A stretch of DNA of 64,000 nt from Actinomycetota bacterium (GTDB taxonomy: Bacteria; Actinomycetota; Actinomycetes; Actinomycetales; Microbacteriaceae). Position numbers and translations under genes: made by a program. Within the stretch, counting starts at the first letter, position 1. Each line of letters opens with the position of its first letter. The notes beneath the pieces are model-generated. The model saw nothing but the letters and a program-made list of their open reading frames with translations. It made no database searches and was not told the DNA's origin. Positions 21,853 through 30,248 of this stretch are shown here, piece by piece. The stretch is from the NCBI GenBank assembly GCA_947450345.1, contig CANFVD010000001.1, positions 15,936-79,935 on the forward strand, given 5' to 3'.

Positions 21853-21969
21853 AAAATGCGCCATCTTCGGGAATAACCTGACGCGTCACGCACTTATCTG
21901 ACCCGTACGCCAATTCGGCGTGTACTCACCAGACGTCCCGAGCACTCGTGTTCGGAGAACAGGACCACC

Positions 21970-22527
21970 ATGACCATCACTGCAGAATCCATCCCCGGCT
22001 ACAAAGCAGGCAGCTGGATTGTTGACCCGTCGCACTCCGAGGTGTCGTTCTCGGTTCGCCACCTCATGATCAGCAAGGTGCGCGGAACGTTCGGCAGCTT
22101 TTCGGCCACGATTCTCACGGGCGAGAACCCCGAGGAGACCAAGATCACGGCGTCGGCTCAGGTTGCCAGCATCAACACAAACGACGAGGGCCGCGACGGT
22201 CACCTGCGCACCAACGAATTCTTCGACGCCGAGAACTACCCCACGATCGAGTTCGCCTCGACCTCGGTGACGGCGGCCGGCAGCGATTACAAGGTGGGTG
22301 GCAACCTCACGGTTCGCGGCGTCACCAAGCCGGTTGTGTTTGACCTCGAGTTCGGTGGCTTCGCGACCGATCCCTACGGCAACTACAAACTTGCCGCCAC
22401 GGTGACCGGTGAGATCAACCGTGAAGACTTCGGCCTGTCGTGGAACGCGGCACTTGAGACCGGCGGTGTTCTGGTCGGCGAGAAGGTCACCATCACCATC
22501 GAACTGCAGGCCGCCCTGCAGGTTTAG
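21970..22527 (+). CDS. YceI family protein
   Basis: WIVDPSHSEVSFSVRHLMISKVRG, RDGHLR..FFDAENYP and INREDFGLSWN motifs. Confidence 0.93.
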   Translation: MTITAESIPGYKAGSWIVDPSHSEVSFSVRHLMISKVRGTFGSFSATILTGENPEETKITASAQVASINTNDEGRDGHLRTNEFFDAENYPTIEFASTSVTAAGSDYKVGGNLTVRGVTKPVVFDLEFGGFATDPYGNYKLAATVTGEINREDFGLSWNAALETGGVLVGEKVTITIELQAALQV

Positions 22528-22533
22528 TTATGT

Positions 22534-22577
22534 CATGCGAAAGGGGCTTCGAGGCGACTCGGAGCCCCTTTCGCATG
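22534..22577. terminator. Long hairpin between convergent genes, probable bidirectional terminator
   Basis: CATGCGAAAGGGGCTTCGAG-GCGA-CTCGGAGCCCCTTTCGCATG. Confidence 0.8.
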
Positions 22578-22586
22578 CTCTGGTGA

Positions 22587-23642
22587 TTAGTCCTCCGTGA
22601 GGATGCCCGTAATTTCTTCGTTGACCAATCGCAGGTTCTCCACCAGAAAACCCTCGAGCACCCAGTTCTTGGTTGAGGGTCGGCTTAGTCGGATGGGTTG
22701 CGTGAGCACGGGAAGGTCGTGTGTCTCCGGGTGAGGAACGTTTATGGCCTCGAGCCCGGTGTCGCGCACCACAATGCGTAGGTCATGTCCGGCGCTTTTG
22801 AGCTCGGCAGCGATTTCGGCGATGTTGGCATCGTTCACGAGGGACTCGTCGTAGTGGTCGCGCACGCCTCGGGAGATGCCAATCGTTCTCGTGGTGACAA
22901 CGGCGAGACGCGCCAACAGGTTTGACAGCTCATCGACCGCGGGCCGGTGCTTGTTGCGTCGAATCATGTTGAACCGCAGGCTCTCGCTGAGTGCGTTGAC
23001 CCGATCGAGGGCCGCGTTGAGTTCGGCACGGAGTCCGCGCGCACGCCAGTAGAGCGTGTTGAGTACCTCGGGGCTCGTGCGTCGAGACAGTACCGCGCCG
23101 AGGTCTTCCAGCAACTGAGCAATGTCACCACCCAGTGTGGCGACGGCGGTGCGTGCCGGAGCGAGGGCGACCGGCGGCACAATCACCGCGTTGACGATGA
23201 TGCCGATGACGGCGCCCAGGATTGTTTCGAGGATGCGCACGAGAGCGTAATCGGGCGCCGCGGCACCGATCACAATCGAGAGCATGGCGCTAATGGCGAT
23301 TTGGTTGGCGGTGGCCGGTGTGAGTTTGAACGCCCATCCCGTGATGATCGCCGCAGCGATGGCGACGAGGACCAACCACGAGGGCGATCCAAAGGCCAAG
23401 CTTGCTCCCAGGGCAATTGCCACGCCAATCACGGTGGCCGTGGACCTCTCGAGGGCTTTGCCGAGTGAGGCGTTCACGCTGGGCTGCACCACGATGATGG
23501 CGGCGATGGCCGCGAACACGGGCGTGTCGGTCTGGAATAGCGGAACGGCAATCAACCAGGCAGCTACGGCGGCGCCGATTGACTTGAGCACCTGCAGAAA
23601 GGGGATGCGTCGTTTCGCCCGTACGTTTGCTCGGATGCTCAC
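22587..23642 (-). CDS. FUSC/aromatic acid exporter family membrane protein
   Basis: LQVLKSIGAAVAAW, FAAIAAIIVVQPSV and RILETILG motifs followed by a soluble helical C-terminus. Confidence 0.85.
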   Translation of the reverse strand: MSIRANVRAKRRIPFLQVLKSIGAAVAAWLIAVPLFQTDTPVFAAIAAIIVVQPSVNASLGKALERSTATVIGVAIALGASLAFGSPSWLVLVAIAAAIITGWAFKLTPATANQIAISAMLSIVIGAAAPDYALVRILETILGAVIGIIVNAVIVPPVALAPARTAVATLGGDIAQLLEDLGAVLSRRTSPEVLNTLYWRARGLRAELNAALDRVNALSESLRFNMIRRNKHRPAVDELSNLLARLAVVTTRTIGISRGVRDHYDESLVNDANIAEIAAELKSAGHDLRIVVRDTGLEAINVPHPETHDLPVLTQPIRLSRPSTKNWVLEGFLVENLRLVNEEITGILTED

Positions 23643-26600
23643 GGTTTTACGGTAGTCGCGCCGCCGGAGTACTCGTGGCGGCGCGCGCAGAACTCAGCCC
23701 AGAGCTGTTTGAGATCCCACGCCTGGATGGCTTCGATTGAAATGCCTCGTTCACCGGTGCGGCGGGTGCGGCCGCGAATCACCATGAGTTTGGTGCCGAA
23801 CAACAGGGATCCCGTGGCCTGCTGCGCTTCTTCGAAGAAGGTCGCGTCGGCGCATCCGCTGCCGTCGTCGAGGCTGATAAACACGACGCGTTTGCCCGAA
23901 CGCATGGGCGGAGTTTGTGTGGCGATGCGCACGCCGGCCACTAACACCTCGGTTTTACTCCGCAGTGCCAACAGTTGGCTTGCTGGAGTGACGCCCATGT
24001 CGTCAAGCAGGGGCCGGTAGGCCTCGATGAGATGCTCCGAGGCATCCATGTCGAGTACCCCGAGCTCGACCCGAGCGCGGTCGGCGGTCGTGAACTGGGG
24101 GTTTCCGCGCGGAATCGCGTGCCGGTCGTCGATGGTGAAGTTGAGCTGATTGTCGGGGTCGCTGCGCGCGGGGCGCATGGCGGTGAGCTGGCGTACGAAA
24201 GCGATCACATCGCCGCGTGTGGGGAGTGACGTCGCTTCTGGCGAGCCGGCCAACGCGTCAAGTGCCCCCACGAGGGCCAGTCGTTGCATGAGCGCGCGCG
24301 AGGGTCGGGCGCGCTCGTACAGGTCGGTGATGCCCGTGAACGGCTGACCGGCCAGCAGTCGTGCCAGTTCGGCCTCGCTGATGCCGTGCACATCGCGCAG
24401 CGAGAGGCGAATGCCGAGGGTGCCCCCGCGCAGGCGCTCCACGCGGTACTCGTCGATACTGAGGTTGGCATCCAGCGGCAAGATGGGCACGCCCATGCGG
24501 CGCGCTTCGGCCAGCAGGAGGCGTCGGGGATACATGCCCGGATCGTGCGTGAGGATTCCCGCGAGGAACTCTGCCGGATAGTGCGTCTTGAGCCAAGCGC
24601 TCTGATACGTGGGCAGCGCGAAAGCCGCACCGTGTGCTTTGCAAAACCCGAACGAACCAAAACCCTTAAGCACCGCCCAGATGCGCTCGATGTCGGCGTC
24701 GGTGAACAGGCGTTTGCCGGTTTCGGGGTCGCGTCGCTCCGCCGTGCGTTGGCGAAACGCGCGTTCGATTGACGCGGTTGACTTCTCCATGGCGCGCCGT
24801 AGCTCGTCTGCCTCGGCCAGCGTCACGCCCATGCACTCGTGCAGGATGCGCAGAATGTGCTCGTGGTAGATGACCACGCCGTAGCTGTCACGCAGAAAAG
24901 AGCGAAAGCGTGGGTGCAGATAGTTGGGGGCGGTAAAGCCGTGTTTGGCATCGAGGAAGGGTGCCACCATGTTGCCCTTCATGGGCCCGGGGCGAAACAG
25001 CGAGATATCGGCGATGAGGTCGTTGTACTCATCGGGCTGCATCTTGCCGATCAGTTCGCGTTGCCCGGGGCTCTCAATCTGGAACATGCCGAGCGTGTGG
25101 CCGGTGCGAATGTTGGCGAACGTGGCCTCGTCGTCGTGGGGGATGGCGTCGAGCTCGATAAGCCCGTTGGGCTTGATGTACGGGGCGTCACTGGGCAGCT
25201 TGCCCACCTCGGCCGCGTGCGGGCCGTGCATGCGCTGAATCTCGCGCAGGGTGTACGAGAGCGTCGACTGCATGCGCACGCCCAGTACGTCGAGTTTGAG
25301 CAGACCCACGTCATCGATGTCGTCCTTGTCGAACTGACTCATGGGCAGTCCCATGCCGGAGGGTTGCATGGGGCTCAGGTTGTATAGCTCGTTGTTGCCG
25401 AGGATTACGCCACACGGGTGCATGGAGACGTGGCGGGGGAGTCGGTCGAGGCGTTCGGCCACGTCGACGAGCAACTCGAGGCGGGCATCCTCCTCGAGCA
25501 TGGTGACGAACTCACGCATCTCGGGCTTGGTGTCGAGTGCGCGCCGAAAGTCCCGGGCGTTGAAGCGCCAGATGTTCTTGGCGACAAAGCCAATCTGCTC
25601 GGGGGAGAGGCCCAGGGCCATGCCGGCATCGCGCGCGGCACCACGTGCGCGATAGGTGTTCTGCATCGCCATCAGGCTCACGCGGGTACTGCCGTAGCGC
25701 TCAAAGATGGCGCGGTAGACCTCGTGGCGCCTGGCCGACTCCACGTCGATGTCGATGTCGGGCAGTGTCTCGCGCTTGTTGCCCAGGAAGCGCTCAAACA
25801 GCAGGTCGTGCTCGAGGGGGTCGACGTTGCTGATGCGCAGTAGGTACGTGACGATACTGCCCGCGCCGCTGCCGCGCGCCTGGTTGCGGATGCCCATGCG
25901 CCGCATGAGCGCCGACACGTCGGCCACGGTGAGAAAGTACGAGGCAAAGCCAAAGTCATAAATGGTGTTCAGCTCGGTGTCGAGGCGTTCGGTGATGCGC
26001 CGCATCTCGGTGGCTCCCGCGTAGGGGTAGCGCTCACCGATGGCTGCTTCGGTGCTCTGGCGCAGAACTGCGGCGGGGTCACCGCTCAGGCCAATGACAT
26101 CGTTCTCGGGAATCTTGGCCTGACGCCAGCCAAGATCGGTCTCGGGGTCGAGTACGCAGCGCAGGGCGAGGCGTTCGCCGGCCGCGAGCATGCGGTGCGC
26201 GGCTCCCTGATCGAGTCGAGAGGCACGCGCCACGCGCAGGGCGATCGCGTGCATTTCGGCCGGCGTCTTGAGCCACGCCTGGCCGTTGGGTTGTGGCGTG
26301 AACTGGCCCAACGCGCGCAGCATCGCCGCGGCATCCAACACGTCGCCGGTGACGGCATCGTCGGCCTCGAGGTAGCGTGCGGCATTACTGAGCACCGCGG
26401 GTGTCTCGGTGTCGTGAGCGAGCTCGAGCATGGCCACCGCGTGGCGCAGGCTGGCGGTGGTGCCCGGTGCGGTGTCGTGGCACACCACCTCGAGGGCGAT
26501 GGCGCCGGGGAGTGTGTGGGTCCACCAGGCGAGCAGTTCACGCGCCCGTTCGGCCTCACCGCGGGCGAGCGCCTGCCCCACGTCGGAAGCGGGGCCGAGG

Positions 26601-27007
26601 AGGATAGTGACGGTGATGCCGTCGGGACCACGAAGCAGGGGCCTCAGACGCGTGCGGGCGAGCGCCGGGGGCGAACTGCGCGTGCTGCGTGCGTGGGCCG
26701 CGGTGATGGCTCGCGCCATGCTTGCCCACCCGCGCCCCTCGCAGTGCCCGTGGGCAAGTAGGGTGAGTCGACCCGCCGGCCGGCCGTCGCTCTCGCGCAA
26801 CGCGAGGTCTACCCCCACAATCGGCTGAAGTCCGCTGGCCACGCACGCGCGAATGTGCCGCACGGCACCGTAGAGTCCGTCGCGGTCGGTGATGGCCGCC
26901 GCCCACGCGCCCGCGGCCTTCTGCGCCGCCACGAGCGCCTCGGGGCGGGCGGTGCCGTAGTGCGCCGAGAACGCCGAGGCGACGTGCAGGTGGGTGAAGT
27001 CGGGCAT
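23639..27007 (-). CDS. dnaE2: Error-prone DNA polymerase III alpha homologue (DnaE2)
   Basis: PHP start MPDFTHLHVAS..AITDRDG, RGSGAGS, PDIDIDVE, KLDVLG, FQIESPGQRE, GFCKAH and C-terminal OB fold; degenerate PHP residues and an upstream SOS-like box indicate DnaE2 rather than the replicative DnaE1. Confidence 0.9.
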   Translation of the reverse strand: MPDFTHLHVASAFSAHYGTARPEALVAAQKAAGAWAAAITDRDGLYGAVRHIRACVASGLQPIVGVDLALRESDGRPAGRLTLLAHGHCEGRGWASMARAITAAHARSTRSSPPALARTRLRPLLRGPDGITVTILLGPASDVGQALARGEAERARELLAWWTHTLPGAIALEVVCHDTAPGTTASLRHAVAMLELAHDTETPAVLSNAARYLEADDAVTGDVLDAAAMLRALGQFTPQPNGQAWLKTPAEMHAIALRVARASRLDQGAAHRMLAAGERLALRCVLDPETDLGWRQAKIPENDVIGLSGDPAAVLRQSTEAAIGERYPYAGATEMRRITERLDTELNTIYDFGFASYFLTVADVSALMRRMGIRNQARGSGAGSIVTYLLRISNVDPLEHDLLFERFLGNKRETLPDIDIDVESARRHEVYRAIFERYGSTRVSLMAMQNTYRARGAARDAGMALGLSPEQIGFVAKNIWRFNARDFRRALDTKPEMREFVTMLEEDARLELLVDVAERLDRLPRHVSMHPCGVILGNNELYNLSPMQPSGMGLPMSQFDKDDIDDVGLLKLDVLGVRMQSTLSYTLREIQRMHGPHAAEVGKLPSDAPYIKPNGLIELDAIPHDDEATFANIRTGHTLGMFQIESPGQRELIGKMQPDEYNDLIADISLFRPGPMKGNMVAPFLDAKHGFTAPNYLHPRFRSFLRDSYGVVIYHEHILRILHECMGVTLAEADELRRAMEKSTASIERAFRQRTAERRDPETGKRLFTDADIERIWAVLKGFGSFGFCKAHGAAFALPTYQSAWLKTHYPAEFLAGILTHDPGMYPRRLLLAEARRMGVPILPLDANLSIDEYRVERLRGGTLGIRLSLRDVHGISEAELARLLAGQPFTGITDLYERARPSRALMQRLALVGALDALAGSPEATSLPTRGDVIAFVRQLTAMRPARSDPDNQLNFTIDDRHAIPRGNPQFTTADRARVELGVLDMDASEHLIEAYRPLLDDMGVTPASQLLALRSKTEVLVAGVRIATQTPPMRSGKRVVFISLDDGSGCADATFFEEAQQATGSLLFGTKLMVIRGRTRRTGERGISIEAIQAWDLKQLWAEFCARRHEYSGGATTVKP

Positions 27008-27015
27008 GCGTGGCG

Positions 27016-27333
27016 CTACGCAAACAGTCTCTGGTCGAGCTCGACCGTGGAGGCCCCGACGAGACGCCAGCCGTCTCCGTGTTGGGCGAGGTCGTACACG
27101 CCGTCGTCGCGCGGGGCTCCCGACGTGAGGGCAATCGCATCCACGCGCCACGTGGGCACGTCGAGGGGAAGTGTGCGGCCCCGGGTGACGCGGTCGCTCT
27201 GCTGCCACCAGGCACGGCGGCTCAGCCACGGTTCGGGCGCGCTCACTATGGCGTAGCTGATGCCGCGCCAGCGAAATGAGAGGGGAACTCCTCCGGCCGA
27301 GAGATCCACTCCGACGGGTTCGTCGATGTACAT
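27016..27333 (-). CDS. Small Trp-rich protein (DUF6504-like, resembles an ImuB C-terminal domain)
   Basis: PLSFRWRG, PEPW...WW and GVYDL..GWRL motifs; GAGGAG SD; ends 8 nt before the dnaE2 start. Confidence 0.8.
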   Translation of the reverse strand: MYIDEPVGVDLSAGGVPLSFRWRGISYAIVSAPEPWLSRRAWWQQSDRVTRGRTLPLDVPTWRVDAIALTSGAPRDDGVYDLAQHGDGWRLVGASTVELDQRLFA

Positions 27334-27350
27334 GGAGGCTCCTCGTGAAA

Positions 27351-27368
27351 TTCGAATATATCTTCGAA
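27351..27368. promoter_or_regulatory. LexA (SOS) box-like palindrome
   Basis: TTCGAATATATCTTCGAA resembles the actinobacterial TCGAAC-N4-GTTCGA consensus (two mismatches) and lies just upstream of the cassette. Confidence 0.75.
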
Positions 27369-27542
27369 TACCACGTTAGAAAAAACCACGGACAGCAAAG
27401 TGTGGAGGACAGGTTGAGGGTTGTTCGTTCGGGGAAGTTCGGAACGTCCCCGAACTCATCTGCGCTGAAAATTAGGTTCAATCAAGATAATGTGAGCAGA
27501 GACGAGAGTGAAGAAATCTTCACAAAACATAAGGGGAAAATT

Positions 27543-28061
27543 ATGGCGGGCGAGACACTGTGGGAGGGCGAACGGAATTCGCTCACGGCGGCAGCAACCG
27601 GGGGCAAGGTTGTATCGGAAAAATACCGACTTACCCCCGAATACATTTACGTCGAGCGGGGTCTGATTGGTTCTAAGGCTGATCAGTATCCGACTTGGGC
27701 AATACGAGATATCGACGTCACTTCCAGCCTCGTGCAGAAGGCCCGTAGCCTCTCCACACTTAAGGTCCATCTGCAACATGATGAATACACTGGGGCGGAT
27801 CAAGTCAACTTGGAAAACATCAGTGGTGGCAAAGAATTACGCGACACTCTCAACCGCATTGCAAATGAGGCACGACTACTTCGCCAGCAACAGTCACAGA
27901 CAGTCCACTACTCAGGTTCTGCCCCAATAGCCCAAGGGGCTCCCGCTTCACAAAGTGCTTTTGACCCAATTGAGCAACTAACAAAATTAGGGGATCTTCT
28001 ATCAAAGGGCCTTATTTCTCAGGAAGAATTTGACGCTCAAAAAGCAAAACTCCTTGGCTAG
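27543..28061 (+). CDS. Bacterial PH-domain protein with C-terminal SHOCT domain
   Basis: YRLT..IYVERGLIG...IRDIDVTSSLVQK (PH-like) and DPIEQLTKLGDLLSKGLISQEEFDAQKAKLLG (SHOCT); AAGGGG SD; low GC. Confidence 0.85.
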   Translation: MAGETLWEGERNSLTAAATGGKVVSEKYRLTPEYIYVERGLIGSKADQYPTWAIRDIDVTSSLVQKARSLSTLKVHLQHDEYTGADQVNLENISGGKELRDTLNRIANEARLLRQQQSQTVHYSGSAPIAQGAPASQSAFDPIEQLTKLGDLLSKGLISQEEFDAQKAKLLG

Positions 28062-28073
28062 GAACAGAACCTT

Positions 28074-28430
28074 CTAGTTATGATCAGCCAGGCGGGCTGC
28101 CACCATGTCGTGCAGGAGGTCGGCATCGACGTTCCAGTCGACCGGGACTTGGAACGTCCCCTTGCCGAGGGTATAGCCCGCCAGGCGACCGCGAAACGCG
28201 TCAAGAACACCGTCGCCCCAGGGGGCGAGCGTGAGGTGGTTTTTGGCGGCGCTCATGCCAAACACGTAGTCCTTGCCTCTATGAAGCTGAGGCACGTTCC
28301 ACGCGATCTTTACCGTCAGGTCCGGGAATTCACTCGTGATGGCATCGACCACGGTCCGTAGCGTCGCTGCCTTGACGGCATCGAGGCTCGCTAAGTACTC
28401 ATCCAGTGTGGTGAAACGCGGGGCAGGCAC
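28074..28430 (-). CDS. DUF1801 (YdhG-like) protein
   Basis: TLDEYLA, IAWNVP, SAAKNHL and GKGTFQVP motifs. Confidence 0.8.
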   Translation of the reverse strand: MPAPRFTTLDEYLASLDAVKAATLRTVVDAITSEFPDLTVKIAWNVPQLHRGKDYVFGMSAAKNHLTLAPWGDGVLDAFRGRLAGYTLGKGTFQVPVDWNVDADLLHDMVAARLADHN

Positions 28431-28463
28431 GCACCCAGCGTAAAGCAGTGGTGAGTGAGTCGC

Positions 28464-29561
28464 CTAGCTGTAGCGGCGGGTCGGCGCATCCCCGGGTTCG
28501 AGCACTCCGAGGTTGGTGAGTTGTTCGATCATGCCGGCACCGTCGTGCGCGTAAACCCAGGGCGCGGTGCCGCGCAGCTCCTTGGCGAGGCCCTTGCGTC
28601 GGCCACCGGCGAGCACGGCCTCGGAGGTCGAGAGCTGGCGAATGGCCACGAAGGCCACGTTGTCGGGGTGGTTCTCCTCGAACTCACCGTAGATGACCTC
28701 GTCGTGTTGGCCGTCGTCACCGACCATGATCCATTTGACGTGGGGAAAATCCTTGGCAATTTTTTCGAGCTGGCGCTTCTTGTGCTCTTGACCCGATCGA
28801 AACAGGCGATCGTGGGTGGGGCCCCAGTCGGTGAGCAGCATGGTGCCTACCGGATAAAGATTGCGGGACAGAAAACGGCGAAGCGTGGGAGCCACGTTCC
28901 ACGCACCCGTGGAGAGGTAGAACACGGGCATGCCGGATTCCAACTGCGACATGCGCGACAAGAACACCGCCATGCCGGGAGTGGGAACGCGGGCGTGCTC
29001 GGTGAGCACAAACGAGTTCCACGCGGCCAAGAACGGTCGGGGCAGTGCCGTCACCATCACGGTGTCGTCGACGTCACAGATGATCCCGCGCGTGGCCGTG
29101 GGCGATGCCACGTTGATGAGCGCATCAACGGGGAGCGAATCTTCTACGGTCAAGTGGGCAACGTGCTCGCCCTGAGGTAGCGCAAAGGCGAGGTGCACAT
29201 CGACCACGCCGCCACGGTCGGCCGTGACCGTCTCGGTGTAGCCGTCGATGCTGATGGTCACTTGGGCGCTGGCAACGGGAACACTGACGAAAGAACGCCA
29301 GCCGCGCACCGACTCGAAGCGGCGCGCAAACTTGCGTGCCCGGCGACTTCCTGGTTTCAGTACCGGTGCAAGCACGACCCGGCACAGCACGCGAATCTCG
29401 GTGGCGGTGCCGTATCCGCGGTACGGCACGATCGTGGGCAGAAGTCCGCGGCGTCGCGCGAGTCGGGCCCGAAGCTTGTGCATTCGGTCTTCAAACCGCG
29501 CGAGCGGATGAATCTTGGGCAGCTGCTGCGTTGCGTGCCGTACCCGTTGCGATGACGCCAT
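28464..29561 (-). CDS. App1-family phosphatidate phosphatase-like protein (DUF2183)
   Basis: CDVDDTV (DxDxT), YLSTGAWN and VGDDGQHD motifs. Confidence 0.88.
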   Translation of the reverse strand: MASSQRVRHATQQLPKIHPLARFEDRMHKLRARLARRRGLLPTIVPYRGYGTATEIRVLCRVVLAPVLKPGSRRARKFARRFESVRGWRSFVSVPVASAQVTISIDGYTETVTADRGGVVDVHLAFALPQGEHVAHLTVEDSLPVDALINVASPTATRGIICDVDDTVMVTALPRPFLAAWNSFVLTEHARVPTPGMAVFLSRMSQLESGMPVFYLSTGAWNVAPTLRRFLSRNLYPVGTMLLTDWGPTHDRLFRSGQEHKKRQLEKIAKDFPHVKWIMVGDDGQHDEVIYGEFEENHPDNVAFVAIRQLSTSEAVLAGGRRKGLAKELRGTAPWVYAHDGAGMIEQLTNLGVLEPGDAPTRRYS

Positions 29562-29614
29562 GAGGTCAGTTTCCCACGTTTGTTCGGGCCAATTGTTCGT
29601 CGAGGTCTGCCAAC

Positions 29615-30247
29615 TCAGTTCTCACCGAGTTCCTTTCGAGACAGGCGCTTCTTGGCGAAGTGGGTGATGAGAATAAAGACGACCACGCCGCCAATGAATA
29701 CCCACCCCGCGCCCTTGAAAGTCGTGGCGAAAATTTCGAACTGCCCGGCGAGCAAGTACCCCACGGTGACGTAGAGCAGTGTCCACAGCACGCAGGCCAG
29801 AGCCGTCCATCGAATGAAGACTCGATACCGCATGGTGCTCATGCCACAAACGAGGGGAACAACCGAGTGAAGCACCGGCAGGAACCGACTGACAAAAACC
29901 GCCACGACGCCGCGTTTCGCGAGATATGCCTCGGTCAACGCCCACGTGTTTCCGATAAACCGCTTGCCCAGCTTGCTGTCGCGAATGCGGCGACCAATGG
30001 TGCGGCCTAAGAAAAACCCGAGAGTTTCCCCAGCGAGGGAACCCACCATCACCGCGCCGGCAAGCCAGAAGTATTCACTGACGTTGGAGATACCTGTGGC
30101 GGCAACAAAGACAATCGTGTCGCCCGGGATGACGAGTCCGACGAGCACCGAGGTCTCGCAAAACATTCCGAAGGCGGCAATGAGGGCCCGCAGTGTCGGA
30201 TCGACCTCAGACACCGTGGTGATGAACCACGTGACAATCTCGTTCAC
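29615..30247 (-). CDS. DedA family membrane protein
   Basis: ETSVLVGLVIPGDT and SRFLPVL motifs with TM helices. Confidence 0.9.
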   Translation of the reverse strand: MNEIVTWFITTVSEVDPTLRALIAAFGMFCETSVLVGLVIPGDTIVFVAATGISNVSEYFWLAGAVMVGSLAGETLGFFLGRTIGRRIRDSKLGKRFIGNTWALTEAYLAKRGVVAVFVSRFLPVLHSVVPLVCGMSTMRYRVFIRWTALACVLWTLLYVTVGYLLAGQFEIFATTFKGAGWVFIGGVVVFILITHFAKKRLSRKELGEN

Positions 30248-30248
30248 G

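Noticed and set aside
27008..27481. 158-aa N-terminal extension of DnaE2 in the ORF track
   Set aside because: The PHP domain starts at ATG 27007; the extension overlaps the small upstream gene and the SOS-like box, so it is an artefact of taking the longest ORF.
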